The notes under the pieces were generated by a model, which saw only the letters and a list, made by a program, of their open reading frames with translations, was not told the DNA's origin and searched no databases. A DNA stretch of 64,000 nt from the human T2T-CHM13v2.0 reference genome, Homo sapiens. The stretch lies in NCBI RefSeq assembly GCF_009914755.1, contig NC_060927.1; one strand, given 5' to 3'. The position numbers and the translations under genes are program-made. Below, piece by piece: positions 28,301 through 41,858 of this stretch (its first letter is position 1; every line of letters begins with the position of its first letter).

Positions 28301-29125
28301 AAACTACTTTCTCTGCTTATCCAAAAGAAGCAACTCCTCATTCATTACAGTTTTATCATGAGATTGCAGGAATATATTAACATCTTCAGTGCCCGCTTCT
28401 AATTCCAGTTCTCTTGCTATTTCCTGTCCATCGGCAGTTACTTCCTCCACTGAGGAGGTCTTGAACTTAAAACTTGAACATCTCCAAGTCAGCGATGAGG
28501 GCTGGAATCAACTCCTTTAAAACCCCTGTTCAGGCTGATATTTTGACCTCCTCCCATGAATCATGAATATTCTTAATAGATCTATTATGATGACTCCTTT
28601 CCAGAAGGTTCCAATGTATTTTGCTCTGACACATCAGAGGAATCACTATCTATGGCAGCTATGAATTATGAAATGTATTTCTTAAATAATAAGATGTGAA
28701 AGTAGAAATGACTACTTGATCCAGGGGCTGCAGAATGGATGCCGTGTTGGCAGGCATGAAAACAACATTAATCTTGTACATCTCTACCAGAGCTTTTGTG
28801 TGACCAGGTGCCTTATCAAAGAGAAGTCATTTTTGAAAGGCATCTTCTTTTTCTGATCAGTAGGTCACAAGAATAGGCTTAAAATATTCAGTCAACCATG
28901 CTATAAGCAAATGTACTAACATCCAGCCTTTACTGTTCTATTTACAGAGCACAGTGAGAGGAGATTTAATTAACTCTTAAGGGCCCTAGGATCCTCAAAA
29001 TTGTTAATGAACATCAGCTTTAACTAAATATCACCAACTACATTAGCCTCTAACAAGAGAGTCAGCCTGTCCTTTGAAGCTCTCAAGCCAGGTACTGACT
29101 TCTCCTCTTTAGCTATAAAAGTCCT
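28301..29125 (-). mobile_element. Tigger1 internal (transposase) fragment
   Basis: Long match to antisense Tigger1, e.g. catcagaggaatcactatctatggcagctat and taacaagagagtcagcctgtcctttgaagc. Confidence 0.9.
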
Positions 29126-29130
29126 TATTC

Positions 29131-31956
29131 ATGGGATCTGGCAAGATGGCCAAAAAGGAACAGCTCCCAGAGAGACCAATGCAGAAGGCAGGTGATTTCT
29201 GCATTTTCAACTGCGGTACCCTTCTCATCTCATTGGGACTGGTTAGAAAGTGGGTGCAGCCCACCGAGGGTGAGCAGAAGCAGCATGGGGCACCACCTCA
29301 CCTGGGAAGCCCAAGGAGTTGGGGAACTCCCTCCCCTAGCTAAGGGAAGCCATGAGGGACTGTGCCATGAGAGACGGTGTTATCCAGCCCAGATACTATG
29401 CTTTTCTCACGGTTTTTGCAACCTGCAGACCAGAAGATTCCTGCAGGTGTCTACACCACCAGGGCCCCGGGTTTCAAGCACAAAACTGGGCAGCCATTTG
29501 GGGCAGACACCAAGCTAGTAGGAGTTTTTTTCATACCCTAGTGGCACCTGGAATGCCAGAGAGAGAGAATTGTTCACTCCCGTGGAATGGGTGCTGAAGC
29601 CAGGGAGCCAACTGGTTTTGCTCAGTGGATCCCACCCCCACAAAGCCCAGCAACCTAAGATCCACTGGCTTGAAATTCTCGCTGCCAGCACAGCAATCTG
29701 AAGTCGACCTGGGATACTCAAGCTTGGTAGGGGAAGGGGCGTCCACCATTACTGAGGCTTGAGTAGGCAGTTTTCCCCTCAGAGTATAAAGAAAGCCATC
29801 AGTAAGTTCGAACTGGGAACCCACTGCAGTGCAGCAAAGCTGCTGTAGCCAGGCTGCTTCTCTAGATTCCTCCTCTCTGGGCAGGACATCTCTGAAAGAA
29901 AGGCAGGAGCCCCAGTTAGGGGCTTATAGATAAAACTCCCATCTCCCCAGGACGGAGCACCTGGGGGAAGGGGCGGCTGTGGGAGCAGCTTCAGCAGACT
30001 TAAACATTCCTGCCTGCAGAATCTGAAGAGAGCAGCAAATCTCCCAGCGAATGCTCAAGCTCTGCTAAGGGACAGACTGCCTCCTCAAGTGGGTCCCTGA
30101 TCCCCGTGCCTCCTGACTGGGAGACATCTCCCAGCAGGGATCGGCAGACACCTCATATAGGAGAGCTCCGGCTGGCATCTGGCAGATGCCCCTCTGGGAT
30201 GAAGTTTCCAGAGGAAGGGGCAGGCCGCAATCTTTGCTGTTCTGGAGCCTCCGCTGGTGATACCAAGGCAAACAGGGTCTGGAGAGGACCCCCAGCAAAC
30301 TCCAGCAGAATTGCAGAAGAGGGGCCTGACTGTTAGAAAGTAAACTAACAAACAGAAAGCTATAACATCAACATCAACAAAAAGGACACCCACGCAAAAA
30401 CCCCATCCAAAAGTCATCAACATCAAAGATAAAAGGTAGATAAATCCACGAAGATAAGGAAAAAACAGCGCAAAAATGCTGAAAATTCCAAAGACCAGAA
30501 TACCTCTTCTCCTCCAAAGGATCACAACTCCTTACCAGCAAGGGAACAAAACTGGACAGAGAATGAGTTTGATGAATTACAGAAGTAGGCTTCAGAAGGT
30601 GGGTAACAACAAACTCCTCCGAGTTAAAGGAGCATGTTCTAACTCAATGCAAAGAAGCTAAGAACCTTGATAAAAGGTCACAGGAACTGCTAACTAGAAT
30701 AACCAGTGTAGAGAAGAACATAAATGACCCGATAGAGCTAAAAAACACAGCACAAGAACTTCGTGAAGCATACACAAGTATCAACAGCAGAATCGATCAA
30801 GTGGAAGAAAGGATATCAGAGATTGAAGATCAACTTAATGAAATAAAGCATGAAGACAAGATTAGAGAAAAAAGAATGAAAAGGAATGAACAAAGCCTCC
30901 AAGAAATATGCGCCTATGTGAAAAGACCAAACCTACGTTTGATTGGTATACCTGAAAGTGATGGAGAGAATGGAACCAAGTTGGAAAATACACTTCAGGA
31001 TATTATCCAAAAGAACTTCCCCAACCTAGCAAGACAGGCCAACATTCAAATTCAGGAAATACAGAATATACCACTAAGATACTCTACCAGAAGAACAACC
31101 CCAAGACACATAATCGTCAGATTCACCAAGGTTGAAATGAAGGAAAAAATGTTAAGGCCAGCCAGAGAGAAAGGTCAGATTGCTCACAAAGCCCATCAGA
31201 CTAACAGCGGATCTCTCAGCAGAAGCCCTACAAGCCAGAATAGAGTGGGGTCCAATATTCAACATCCTTAAAGAAAAGAATTTTCAACCCAAAATTTCAT
31301 CTCAAGCCAAACTAAGCTTTGTAAGTGGAGGAGAAATAAAATCCCTTACAAACAAGCAAATGCTGAGAGATTTTGTCACCACCAGGCCTGCCTTACAAGA
31401 GTTCTGAAGGAAGAACTAAATATGGAAAGGAAAAAGCAGTACCACCCACTGCAAAAACATACCAAAATGTAAAGACCATCAACACTATGAAGAAACTGCA
31501 TCAACTAATGGGCAAAATAACCAGGATATGAACAGACACTTCACAAAAGAAAACATTTATGTGGCCAACAAACATGAAGAAAAGCTCATCATCACTGGTC
31601 ATTAGAAAAATGCAAATCAAAACCACAACGAGATACCATCTCATGTCAGTTAGAATGGTGATCATCAAAAAAAAGTCAGGAAACAACAGATGCTGGAGAG
31701 GATGTGGAGAAATAGGAACATTTTTACACTGCTGGTGGGAGTATAAATTAGTTCAACTATTGTGGAAGACAGTGTGGCAATTCCTCAAGGATCTAGAACT
31801 AGAAATAACACTGGAGGGGAAGGGGAGGGATAGCATTAGGAGAAATACCTAATGTGGATGACGGGTTAATGGGTGCAGCAAACCACCATGGCACGTGTAT
31901 ACCTATGTAACAAACCTGCATATTCTGCACATGTATACCAGAACTTAAAGTAAAAT
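29131..31956 (+). mobile_element. L1PA (about L1PA7-8): 5'UTR + disrupted ORF1 + short ORF2 C-terminal piece + 3' end; most of ORF2 deleted
   Basis: YY1 site caagatggcc at 29142; ORF1p peptides YVKRPNLRLIG, TPRHIIVRFTKVEMKEKML, RDFVTTRPALQE; ORF1 start mutated to ATA near 30454; ORF2p [16 protein letters not shown]; L1PA 3' end gaacttaaagta. Confidence 0.95.
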
Positions 31957-32120
31957 ATTAGCCGGGCGTGGTGGTGGGCGCCTGTAATCCCTGCTCGGAG
32001 GGCTGAGGCAGGAGAATCGCTGGAATCTGGGAGGTGGAGGTTGCAGTGAGCTCAGAGAGGACCACCATCGCACTCCAGCCTGGGCAACAAAGCGAGACTC
32101 CGTCAAAAAAGAAAAAAAAT
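31957..32120 (+). mobile_element. Alu right monomer fused to the L1 3' end
   Basis: Begins attagccgggcgtggtgg, ends in an A tail. Confidence 0.9.
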
Positions 32121-34593
32121 TACAAGAAGGTTATAGAACACCAAGCAGATTTAACCCAAAGGTGATTACCTCAAGGCATTTAACAATCAAACTCCAAAGG
32201 GTCAGAAATAAAGAGTTTTTATTGCTTTTTTTTAATTGCGTGTTTGTTTACACAATCAGTGTTAAGTTGCTATCAGTTTAAAGTAATGAGTTATAAGATA
32301 GTATTTATAAGCCCCATGGTAAGCTCAAATTGAAAAACATACAATGGATACACAAAAAAATAAAAAGCAAGAACTGAAATCATACCACCAGAGAAAATCA
32401 ACTTCGCTAGAAGGAAGACAGGAAGGAAGGAAGGGAAGATTACAAAACAACCAGAAAACAACAAAATGGCAGGGGTAAGTCCCTACTTATCAATAATAAC
32501 ATTAAATGTACATAGACTAAACTGTCAAATTAAAGGGCATAAAGACAGAAGGTCTGAATGGATGAAAAACCAAGACATGATGAAAACCCAAGACACAGTG
32601 ATCTATTGCCTACAAGAAACACACTTTACCTATAAGGATACATAGAGACTGAAAATAAATGGATGGAAAAAGATATTCCATGCCAGTGGATACCAAAAAA
32701 GAAGAAAAGTAGTTATACTTACATCAGACAAAATAGATATCCAGACAAAGAATGTCATTATATAATGAAAAAAGGGTCAATTCACAGGAAGAGGATAAAA
32801 CAATTATAAATATATATGCATCCAGTACTGAGCATCCAACATATAAAGCAAATATTATTAAAGCTAAAGAGACACATAGACACTAACACAATAATAGCTA
32901 GAGAATTCAGCACCCCACTTTCAGCAATGGAAATATCTCCCAGACAAAGAAATCAAAAAAGAAACATCAGATTTAATCAGCAAAATAGAACAAATGGACT
33001 CAACAGATATTTACAGAACATTTCATCCAACAGGTTCAGAATACACATTCTTTGCCTCAGCAAATGGATCATTCTCCAGGATAGACCATATGTTAGTTTA
33101 CAAAACAAGTCTTAAAACATTAAAAAAAAATACTATCAAGCATCTTCTCTAACCACAATGGAATAAAACTACAAATCAATAACAAGAGGAATTTTCAAAA
33201 CTATGCAAACACATGGAAATTAAACAATATGCTCCAGAAAGACCAGCAGGTCAATGAAGAAATAAAAAAAAAAAAAAAAAGAAAAGTGTCTTGAAACAAA
33301 TGATAATGGAAACACAACACACCAAAACCTATGGGATACAGCAAAAGCAGTAGTAAGAGGGAAATTTATAGCTGTAAGTGCCTACATCAAAAAAGAAGAA
33401 AAATTCCAAATAGTTAACTAATGATGCATTTTACAGAACTAGAAAAGCAAAAGCAAACCAAACCCAAAATTAGGAGAAGAAAAGAAATAATGAAGATCAG
33501 ATCAGAAATAGATGAATTTGAAATAAACAAAACAATAAAAAAAAAGAAATAAAAAGTTGGTTTTTTGAAACGATAAAATTGACAAACCTTTAGCCATACT
33601 AACAAAGAAAAATAATGGAGAAGACTCAAATAAATCATGGATGAAAAAGAAAACACTATAACAGATACCTCAGAAATTGAAAGAATCATTAGTGGCTACT
33701 ATGAACAACTATAAGACAATAAATTGGACAATCTAGAGGAAATGTTTAAATTCCTAGACACATACAATCTACCAAGATCAAACCATGAAGAAATCCAAAA
33801 CCTGAACAGACCAATAATGAGTAACAAGATCAAAGCCATAATGGCTTTACTGCTGAATTCTACCAAACATTTAAAGAAGAACTAACACCAATCCTACTAA
33901 ACTCAAACTGTTCCAAAAACTAGAGGCCAAGGGGATACTTCCAAACTAATTCTACAATGCCAATATACCAAAACCTAGACAAAGACACATCAAACAAGAA
34001 AACTACAGGTCAATATTTCTGATGAATAATGATGCAAAAAGTCCTCAACAAAATACTAGCAAATCAAAATAAACAATACATTAAAAAGGTCATTCATCAT
34101 GACCAAGTGGGATTTATCTCAGAGATGCAAGTATAAATCAACATATGCGAATCAATCAATGTGATACATCCTACCAATGGAATGAAGGATAAAAACCACA
34201 TGATCATTTAAATTCATGCTGAAAAAGCATCTGATAAAGTTCAGCATTCCTTTTATCCTCCAGGATAAACGCCTTTAAAAAACTGGAGACAGAAGAACAT
34301 ATCTCAACATAATAAAAGCCATATATGACAGACCCACAGCCAGTATCATACTGAATGAAGAAAAATTGAAAGCCTTTTCTTTAAGATCTAGAAGACAACA
34401 AGAATGCCTGCTTTCACAACTGATATTCAACAGAGTACTGGATGTCCAAGCTTGGACAATCAGATGAGATAACGGTATAAATGGTATCCGAATTGGAAAA
34501 TAAAACAGCAAATTATCCTTGTTTGCAAATGATATGATCTTATATTTGGAAAAACGTAAAGACTCTACAAAAAAAAACTAGTAGAACTGATAA

Positions 34594-34944
<351 letters not shown>

Positions 34945-35345
34945 AAAAATCAGTAGCATTTCTATATGCCAACAGTGAGGAATCTCAAATAGAATAAAAA
35001 AAGTAATCCCATTTACAATAGCCACAAATAAAATTAAATACTTATGAATTAACTTAAAGAAGTAAAAGATGTCTACAATTAAAACTATCAAAGATTGATG
35101 AAACAAACTGAAGAGGACAACAACAACAACAACAAAAAAAGGAAAGATATTCCATGTTCATGGATTGGAAACCTCAACATTGCTAAAATGTCCATACTAC
35201 CCAAAGCAGTCTGCAGATTCAATGCATTCGCTATCAAAATACCAAATGACATTCCTCACACAAGTAGAAAAAACTGTCCTAAAATGTATATGGAACCACA
35301 GAAGACTCAAAATAACCAAAGCTATCCTAAGCCAAAAAAAAAAAA

Positions 35346-35696
35346 GTATACACACACACACACACACGTGTGTGTGTATATATATGTATATATGTATACA
35401 TATATATTATATATTGTATACATATATTATTGTATATATGTATACATATATACATATATGTGTGTATATATGTATATATGTATGTATATATGTAAATATG
35501 TGTATATGTGTATATATGTATATGTATATATGTATATGTATATGTGTGTATATATATGTATAAGCCAAAAAAAGTATATACACACACGTGTGTGTATATA
35601 TGTATATATGTGTGTATGTGTGTGTATATATATATGTGTGTGTATATATATGTGTATATATATGTATATATATGTGTATATATATATGTGTGTGTG

Positions 35697-35729
<33 letters not shown>

Positions 35730-35740
35730 ATATATATATA
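35346..35740. repeat. ~400-bp compound (CA)/(TG)/(TA) microsatellite with internal block duplication
   Basis: Read directly; taagccaaaaaaa...cacacacgtgtgtg occurs at 35328 and 35561. Confidence 0.97.
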
Positions 35741-36045
35741 GGTCTGGTGCAGTGGCTCATGCCTGTAATCCCAACACTTTGGGAGGCCAATGCAGTGGAT
35801 TGCTTGAGCTCAGGAGTTCGAAACCAACCTGGGCAACATGAAGAAACCCCATGTCTATAAAAATTACAAAAAAATTAACCAGGTGTCATGGTGCACACTT
35901 GTAGTCCAGTTACTTGGGAGGCTGAGGTGGGAGAATTCCTTGAGGCTGGGAGGCAGAGTTGCAGGCAGCTGAGACTGCACTACTGCATTCCAGCCTGGGT
36001 GAAAGAATGAGACCCTGTCTCAAAAACAAAATAAAACAAAAAAGA
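35741..36045 (+). mobile_element. AluJ
   Basis: Dimeric Alu with A-rich tail. Confidence 0.93.
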
Positions 36046-36940
36046 ACACAATAGGAGGAATCATATTATCTGATTTCAAATTATACTGCAGATCTATAGT
36101 AACCAAAACAGGATGGCACTAGCACAGAAACAAACACAGACAAATAGAACAGAATAGAGAACCCAGAAACAAACCCACCCTCCTACATGGAACTCATTTT
36201 TGACAAAGGTGCCACTAACATACATCAGGGAAAAGACAGTCTCTTCAATAAATGGTAGTGTGAAAACTGAATATCTATATGCAGAAGAATGAAACTAGAG
36301 CCCTATCTCCTGACATATGGAAAAATCAAATAAAAACATGATTAAAGACTTAAATCTAAGACCTCAAACTATTAAACTACCACAAAAAAAAATCTGGGAA
36401 ACTCTCCAGGACATTGGTCTGGGCAAAGATTTCTTGAGTAATACCCCACAAGCACAGGCAATCAAACCAAAAATTGACAAATGGGATCACATCAAGTTAA
36501 AAATATTCTGTGTAGTAATAGAAAAAATGAACAAAGTGAAGACATAAGCCACATAATAGGAGAAAATATCTGCAAACTACCCATGTAACAAGGGATTAAT
36601 CACAAGACTATATAAGGAGCTCACAAAACTCTATAAGAAAAAATTTAACAATCTGATTACAATATGGGTGAAAGATTTGAATAGACATTTCTCAAAAGAA
36701 GACACAGAAATGGCAAACAGGCATATGAAAAGGTGTTCAACATACCGATCATCAGAGAAATGCAAATCAAAACTACAATGAGATAGCATCTCACTCCAGT
36801 TAAAATGGCTTTTATCCAAAAGACAGCCAATAACAAATGCTGGTGAGGATGTAGAACTCTTATACACTGCTGGTGGCAATGTAAGTTAGTACAACCACTA
36901 CAAAGAACAGTTTGGAGGTTCCTCAAAAATCTAAAATACA

Positions 36941-37230
36941 AAATGAGTGAGTAAAAAAATGTGGTATAACAATAAAATGGAATGCTATTCAGCAATAAAA
37001 AGGAACAAAGTACGGATACATGCTATAAAATGGTTGAACCACAAAAACATTTTGTTAAACAAAAGACAGGCACAGTCATAAATGCCATGTAGTTACATTT
37101 ATATGATATGTCTGAAAAAGCAAATTTACAGTTATAAGACAAAAAGTTGAATAGTGGTTTTATGGGACTAACAGTGAGAATGTAGAGTGACTTTCAATAG
37201 CAAAAAAAAATATTTTGGGGGGTAGAATCT
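36941..37230 (+). mobile_element. L1MC/ME 3' UTR fragment
   Basis: aatgtggtataac...atggaatgctattcagcaataaaaaggaac...gatacatgcta. Confidence 0.75.
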
Positions 37231-37239
37231 TTTGCATTT

Positions 37240-38990
37240 GTTTTCTATTTTTTGCTAGAACAATATATAGTATTTTTTTCTAATTGTCTTTAAGACATTC
37301 TTTGTCTTTTGTTTTTATTAGTGTGAATGATATACAATGTTGTTGGTTTTTAAATTTTTATTTTCTATATTCTGCTTTAAGTTCTCTGAATTTCTTGAAT
37401 CTCTAGTTTGATGTCTGTCATTAATTTTGAAAAATTATTAGCCATTATTTCTTCAAATAATTCTTCTACTCTTTTCTCTTTTTTTCCAAGACTCCAATTA
37501 CATGTACCATTTGATATTTCTCATGGTTCTTGGGTGTTCTGTTCTGAATGGTTCATTATTATTTCTCTTTGTGTTTCAGTCTGGGTGATTTCTATTGACC
37601 TATCTTTCAGCTCACTGCCTGCCAGTTCTACTGATGACCCTGACATAGCCATTCTCCATTTCTGTTACTATGTTTTACATTTCTAGGACTTCCTTTTAAT
37701 TCAAATAAAATTTTTGTATCTCTGCTGAAATTAACCATCTGATGTTGAATGTTGCCCAGCTTTTCCACTAAAGCCTTCAACATATTCATCATAGTTATTT
37801 AAGAATACTTATGGGACAGTTCCACCATATATGTCATATCTGCATTTGTGTTTTGGTTCTAATTGCTTTATCTATTTTGAGTGTTTTTTTTTTCTTGCGC
37901 GTTCATATGCTTTTAACTTTTTGTTTAAATTCTCATGTATTATTGTCATCAGATGTATGACAGTAAAGACTAAAACAGTTTTCATTGCTTGGATATGGCC
38001 ACATGTTTCCTTCTGCTAAAACTTTAGCACAGGGGTTTGCATCAACATAATTAGAAAGTGAGCTAGGTTTGAAGTTTGTTACTTCTACGCTACACTCAGT
38101 GCTCTACAGGCTACCATTCCTAAATGATACCTTATATTGGGGTGTGGGATTTAGTTTGTAAAAATATTTCTTTCTTCATTTTCAGAACCACTACCTACAT
38201 ACTAAGTCACGTCTTTCCTTTGTACTCAAAAAAGTTATTTACCAAGGTACTTATGATCCTAACAGCAGAGTAAGAAACGGAGGAAGGTCTTCTTTGGTCT
38301 TCTGACTCAGCCTCAGTCTTAGGTGAACACTGTGACCCTAAGTCTGAGGTGTACAGCCTTCTCCATGATCCTTCTCCTCCCCTAGTATAGTTTTTATCAC
38401 TGTAGATATTCCTACCCCTTCCTCAGGGGCTGAGGGTTTTTTCCCTGTTTCCATACCCCAACTGCAAAAAGATTTCATCAGTACTTAAGGGGAATGGTAA
38501 TTGTTGCAGCGCTTCTGACAAAATATAGCTTTGTTCCAGAGTCCACGTGGAGATTATTCCCCCTCAGGCTATGGCTGCTGTAATATTCCCCCTGTTCCTC
38601 ACCACGGAGGGCATTTTCTTTTACTGATGGGTTCATAAACAAGCCTGCAAGAGGGTGTGGGTTCCCTCTGTATTTGTGGCTCCCAGGATATTCATCCTTT
38701 CTCATCAGTATACACTTGGCTTCTATCAATGTAACGATCATCTTAGTTGATCTCTTTCTAGAGGTGTACAGCTGTGTCTTATCCAGGTAAGTCAGTACTT
38801 GTAGGATGCCTCTCCCTGCAGGTATTTGTCTCTAGATTCTGGGTCTGTCCATGGGTCTGAAATTTCAGCACTCAGAGAAGTGGTCAAGGCAAGCTGTGAA
38901 CTTGATTTTCAGCTTTTCATTGTTTTACATTTGGGAGTGATGTCTTTCCAGCTCACTACATCTCTGATCAGAAACCGTAAGTCATCCCAA
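37240..38990 (-). mobile_element. Old L1M 5'/ORF1 relic
   Basis: gtctgtcattaattttgaaaaattattagccattatttcttcaaata and ctattgacctatctttcagctcact (antisense ORF1). Confidence 0.7.
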
Positions 38991-39377
38991 CTACTTATAT
39001 TTAACTCTATGTATTGTGGTTTTCAAAGCTTACTAACTTTCCACTTAGGCTCACTCATTCAACAATTGTACAGCTAAAGTTACCACTTTGCATGCATTGG
39101 TACCTTCATTCTGCCAAAGTTAAGCAGTTAACTAACGCGTAGCCATACAAAACCCCCGACAAAGACAAGCTGACCAAATTTCTAACCATAAGAATGAGTA
39201 CATGTGGATCAGAGAAAAATATTTCATGATTACATTTATTTTCCATTAAGTTTAAAGAAATATTTTAGTTTAACAACTTAAGTGTAAAAAGCACCTTGTG
39301 TGTGGACACCATAGAGGATATAAATATAAGTAAGATAAAGACTTTATACCTTATTTCAGTAATAGTTTCTTATAGAG

Positions 39378-39683
39378 CAGCGGTCCTCAATCTTTTTGGC
39401 CCCAAAAACTGGTTTCATGGAATACAATTTTTCCACAGGTAGGGGCACAGGGATGGCTTCAGGATGAAACTGTTCCACCTCAGATCATCAGGCATTAGAT
39501 TCTCATAAGGAGTGTGCAACCCACATCCCTCGCATGCACAGGGTTCATGGTCCTATGACAATCTAAAGTCGCTACTGATCTGACAGGAGGCAGAGCTCTG
39601 GTAGTGATGCTCACTTGTCTGTCGCTCACCTCTGGCTGTGACCGGTTCCTAACAGGCCACAGCCTGGGGGTTGAGGACCTCTG
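39378..39683 (+). mobile_element. MER1B (hAT-Charlie MITE)
   Basis: TIRs cagcggtcctcaa / ttgaggacctctg and perfect 8-bp TSD ttatagag. Confidence 0.95.
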
Positions 39684-39787
39684 TTATAGAGAATACTTCA
39701 AACATTCAAAAATGATACTGTAGAGCATACTTAATAAATATTGCACCATTACATATTTTTATGGAGAGTTTTAAGGCATAGGTTAAT

Positions 39788-39937
39788 GGCTGGGTGAGGG
39801 GCTGGATGCAGCAGCGCTCACTTCCAGTCCCAGCTACTCAGGAGGCTGAAATGGGAGGACTGCCTGAGCCCAGGAGTTCAGGGCCAGCCTGGGCAACATT
39901 AGTGTAACCGATCTCTTAAAGGAAAAAAAAAAAAAAG
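39788..39937 (+). mobile_element. FLAM-type Alu monomer
   Basis: Single monomer with A tail. Confidence 0.85.
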
Positions 39938-41817
39938 ATTTACAGCCTGAGTTAATGATTATTCACTGTTAACAGATAACTGAATTGCTCATAACACATA
40001 GATGAATTGAAGGCACATGTCTTAGAAAAACATAGGGTTTTCCTTGCAAATTTGATCCTATGCTTTACAGCAAATAGCAGATAAGGACAGGATGAAAATA
40101 AAAATTCAGCAGGATATATCTGGTTACATTTAATGACAGGAGTATACTTACACAAAAATAGCCTTCATGGAACATGGTCTATCTAATATTTATACCTCTA
40201 GCACTCTGATGTTAAGTAGTTAGTCTTTGTATTCTAAAAGGTAAACTTTTCAGTACGCACTGTTTCACTGGAGTCAGGTACTTCAAGCCAATTCTGTTCA
40301 TATAAAAATTAAAGTATATATGCCAATTAATGACATGTTATGGGAAGCCAGAAAATGTGGAGAATTAGATATTCATAAGAACCTAACCGATATGATCTTT
40401 ACATGTAACAAAAACTACCTGGGAATTCACAGCTTCAGAAGAGAAATTGATAAGGAAAATGCCAAATTAGAGAGGGTCAGAAAAATCTCACTTTAATGGC
40501 TTCAAATTCCTCTAGCTTGATGCATTCATCCTTCCACATCTTTGGGGATGAATGATGAGAACGTTATGGCTTTCTAAAACAATTCCTATTTCTGTAGCTA
40601 ATGCTCAAATGGTTATTACGAATATTTACTCTTTCCCAATTCTAGACACTCCTCCTTCACACAGGTTCAGTTTTCCTCTAAGTATGTTAGTACAATTGAT
40701 TACACTATAGTGAAGTTCTTAATCTGGCCTCTCAGCCATTTTTCCCCTTTAACATGATCATTTCTATTATGTTATCTATTTTACACACATTTTATAATTT
40801 GACTCTTGAGAGTCAAATTTGACTATTTTCAAATATATTTTTCAAATTTTTCAGCTCTTAGCGCATAGGCCCACTCTTGCATATATACATATATGCCAAA
40901 AAAGGATGCAACACTTCAATGCCAAGCTCACAGGGTTATGACGGTTAAAAAAAAAAAGATACTACATAGAAATGTTGGAAATTATACAATAAAAAAAATT
41001 AACTTCAATATACTAGTGGGTCAGAAAGATTATTATACTAACACATGTAAGATTCAATCTTTTGATTAAAAAAGTACTATATTTGGAGTTATAAAAAGCT
41101 CAGAGAACTGGAAACAGAAATGCAGTCTACGATAGATTATTCAGACTAATATAGAAGTCTTGGCACGAATAATAAGATAACTGTGGTTGATCCACAGAAC
41201 AGTTGGATTATGCACCACAATATGCAAATCAGGTAACTATTTATGATAATTATTAAAATGTTAACTTGCAAATAAAGCACAGAAAATAACATCCTACTGT
41301 AAGTTGATTCCAGCACAGTATATGACAAGTCAGTATAATTAGGTAGTTTATGGTACGTATTACTCTCAGGTATGTTAATATGAATGCAATAATGCAAGCA
41401 CAGTTTAACATTTTCAGTTAATTGTTCATGTTTTCTTTACACACACATATATGAACGTGCAAACACACCTCTGGTTGGAAGTCTCCTTTCTGTACACTTC
41501 CAACAAGTTTTGTTAATGTGTTCTTATGTACATACTGTGGGCTTCTCTCAAATCCAAGACTGAGAAGATTTCCATCATTCACTAACTTCAGTATCTGATA
41601 GTTACTGAATGTTCTGCAATGCTTTAAGCTACTTATATTACTTTTCATTTGCAAAGCCATCACTCCATTCACTGGCTTCATAACCTAACCTACAGACTTT
41701 TACTTCTTAGAATTTAAAAAATAACCATCAGAATAATCTTCATATAAATAATCCTGTTTGCCAAGGAGGCAGAGATCAAGGGCTTGGAGTACTGTGTATA
41801 AATCTGTCTCTTTTTCT

Positions 41818-41858
41818 GTGTGTGTATGTGTGTGTGCATGTGTGAGTGTGTATGTGTG
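41818..41858. repeat. Degenerate (TG)n
   Basis: Read directly from the sequence. Confidence 0.85.

Noticed and set aside
30801-31407. L1 ORF1p fragments as a functional CDS
   Set aside because: Start codon mutated to ATA, plus frameshifts and premature stops
31515-31535. L1 ORF2 loss as a splicing product
   Set aside because: No GT donor at the upstream breakpoint in the remembered consensus (accag|cta); the junction fits 2-nt AG microhomology instead
35095-35860. 248-aa ORF and overlapping Y/I/C/V/H/T-rich ORFs
   Set aside because: Read-through from decayed L1 ORF2 into a stop-free dinucleotide microsatellite and an Alu; not a gene
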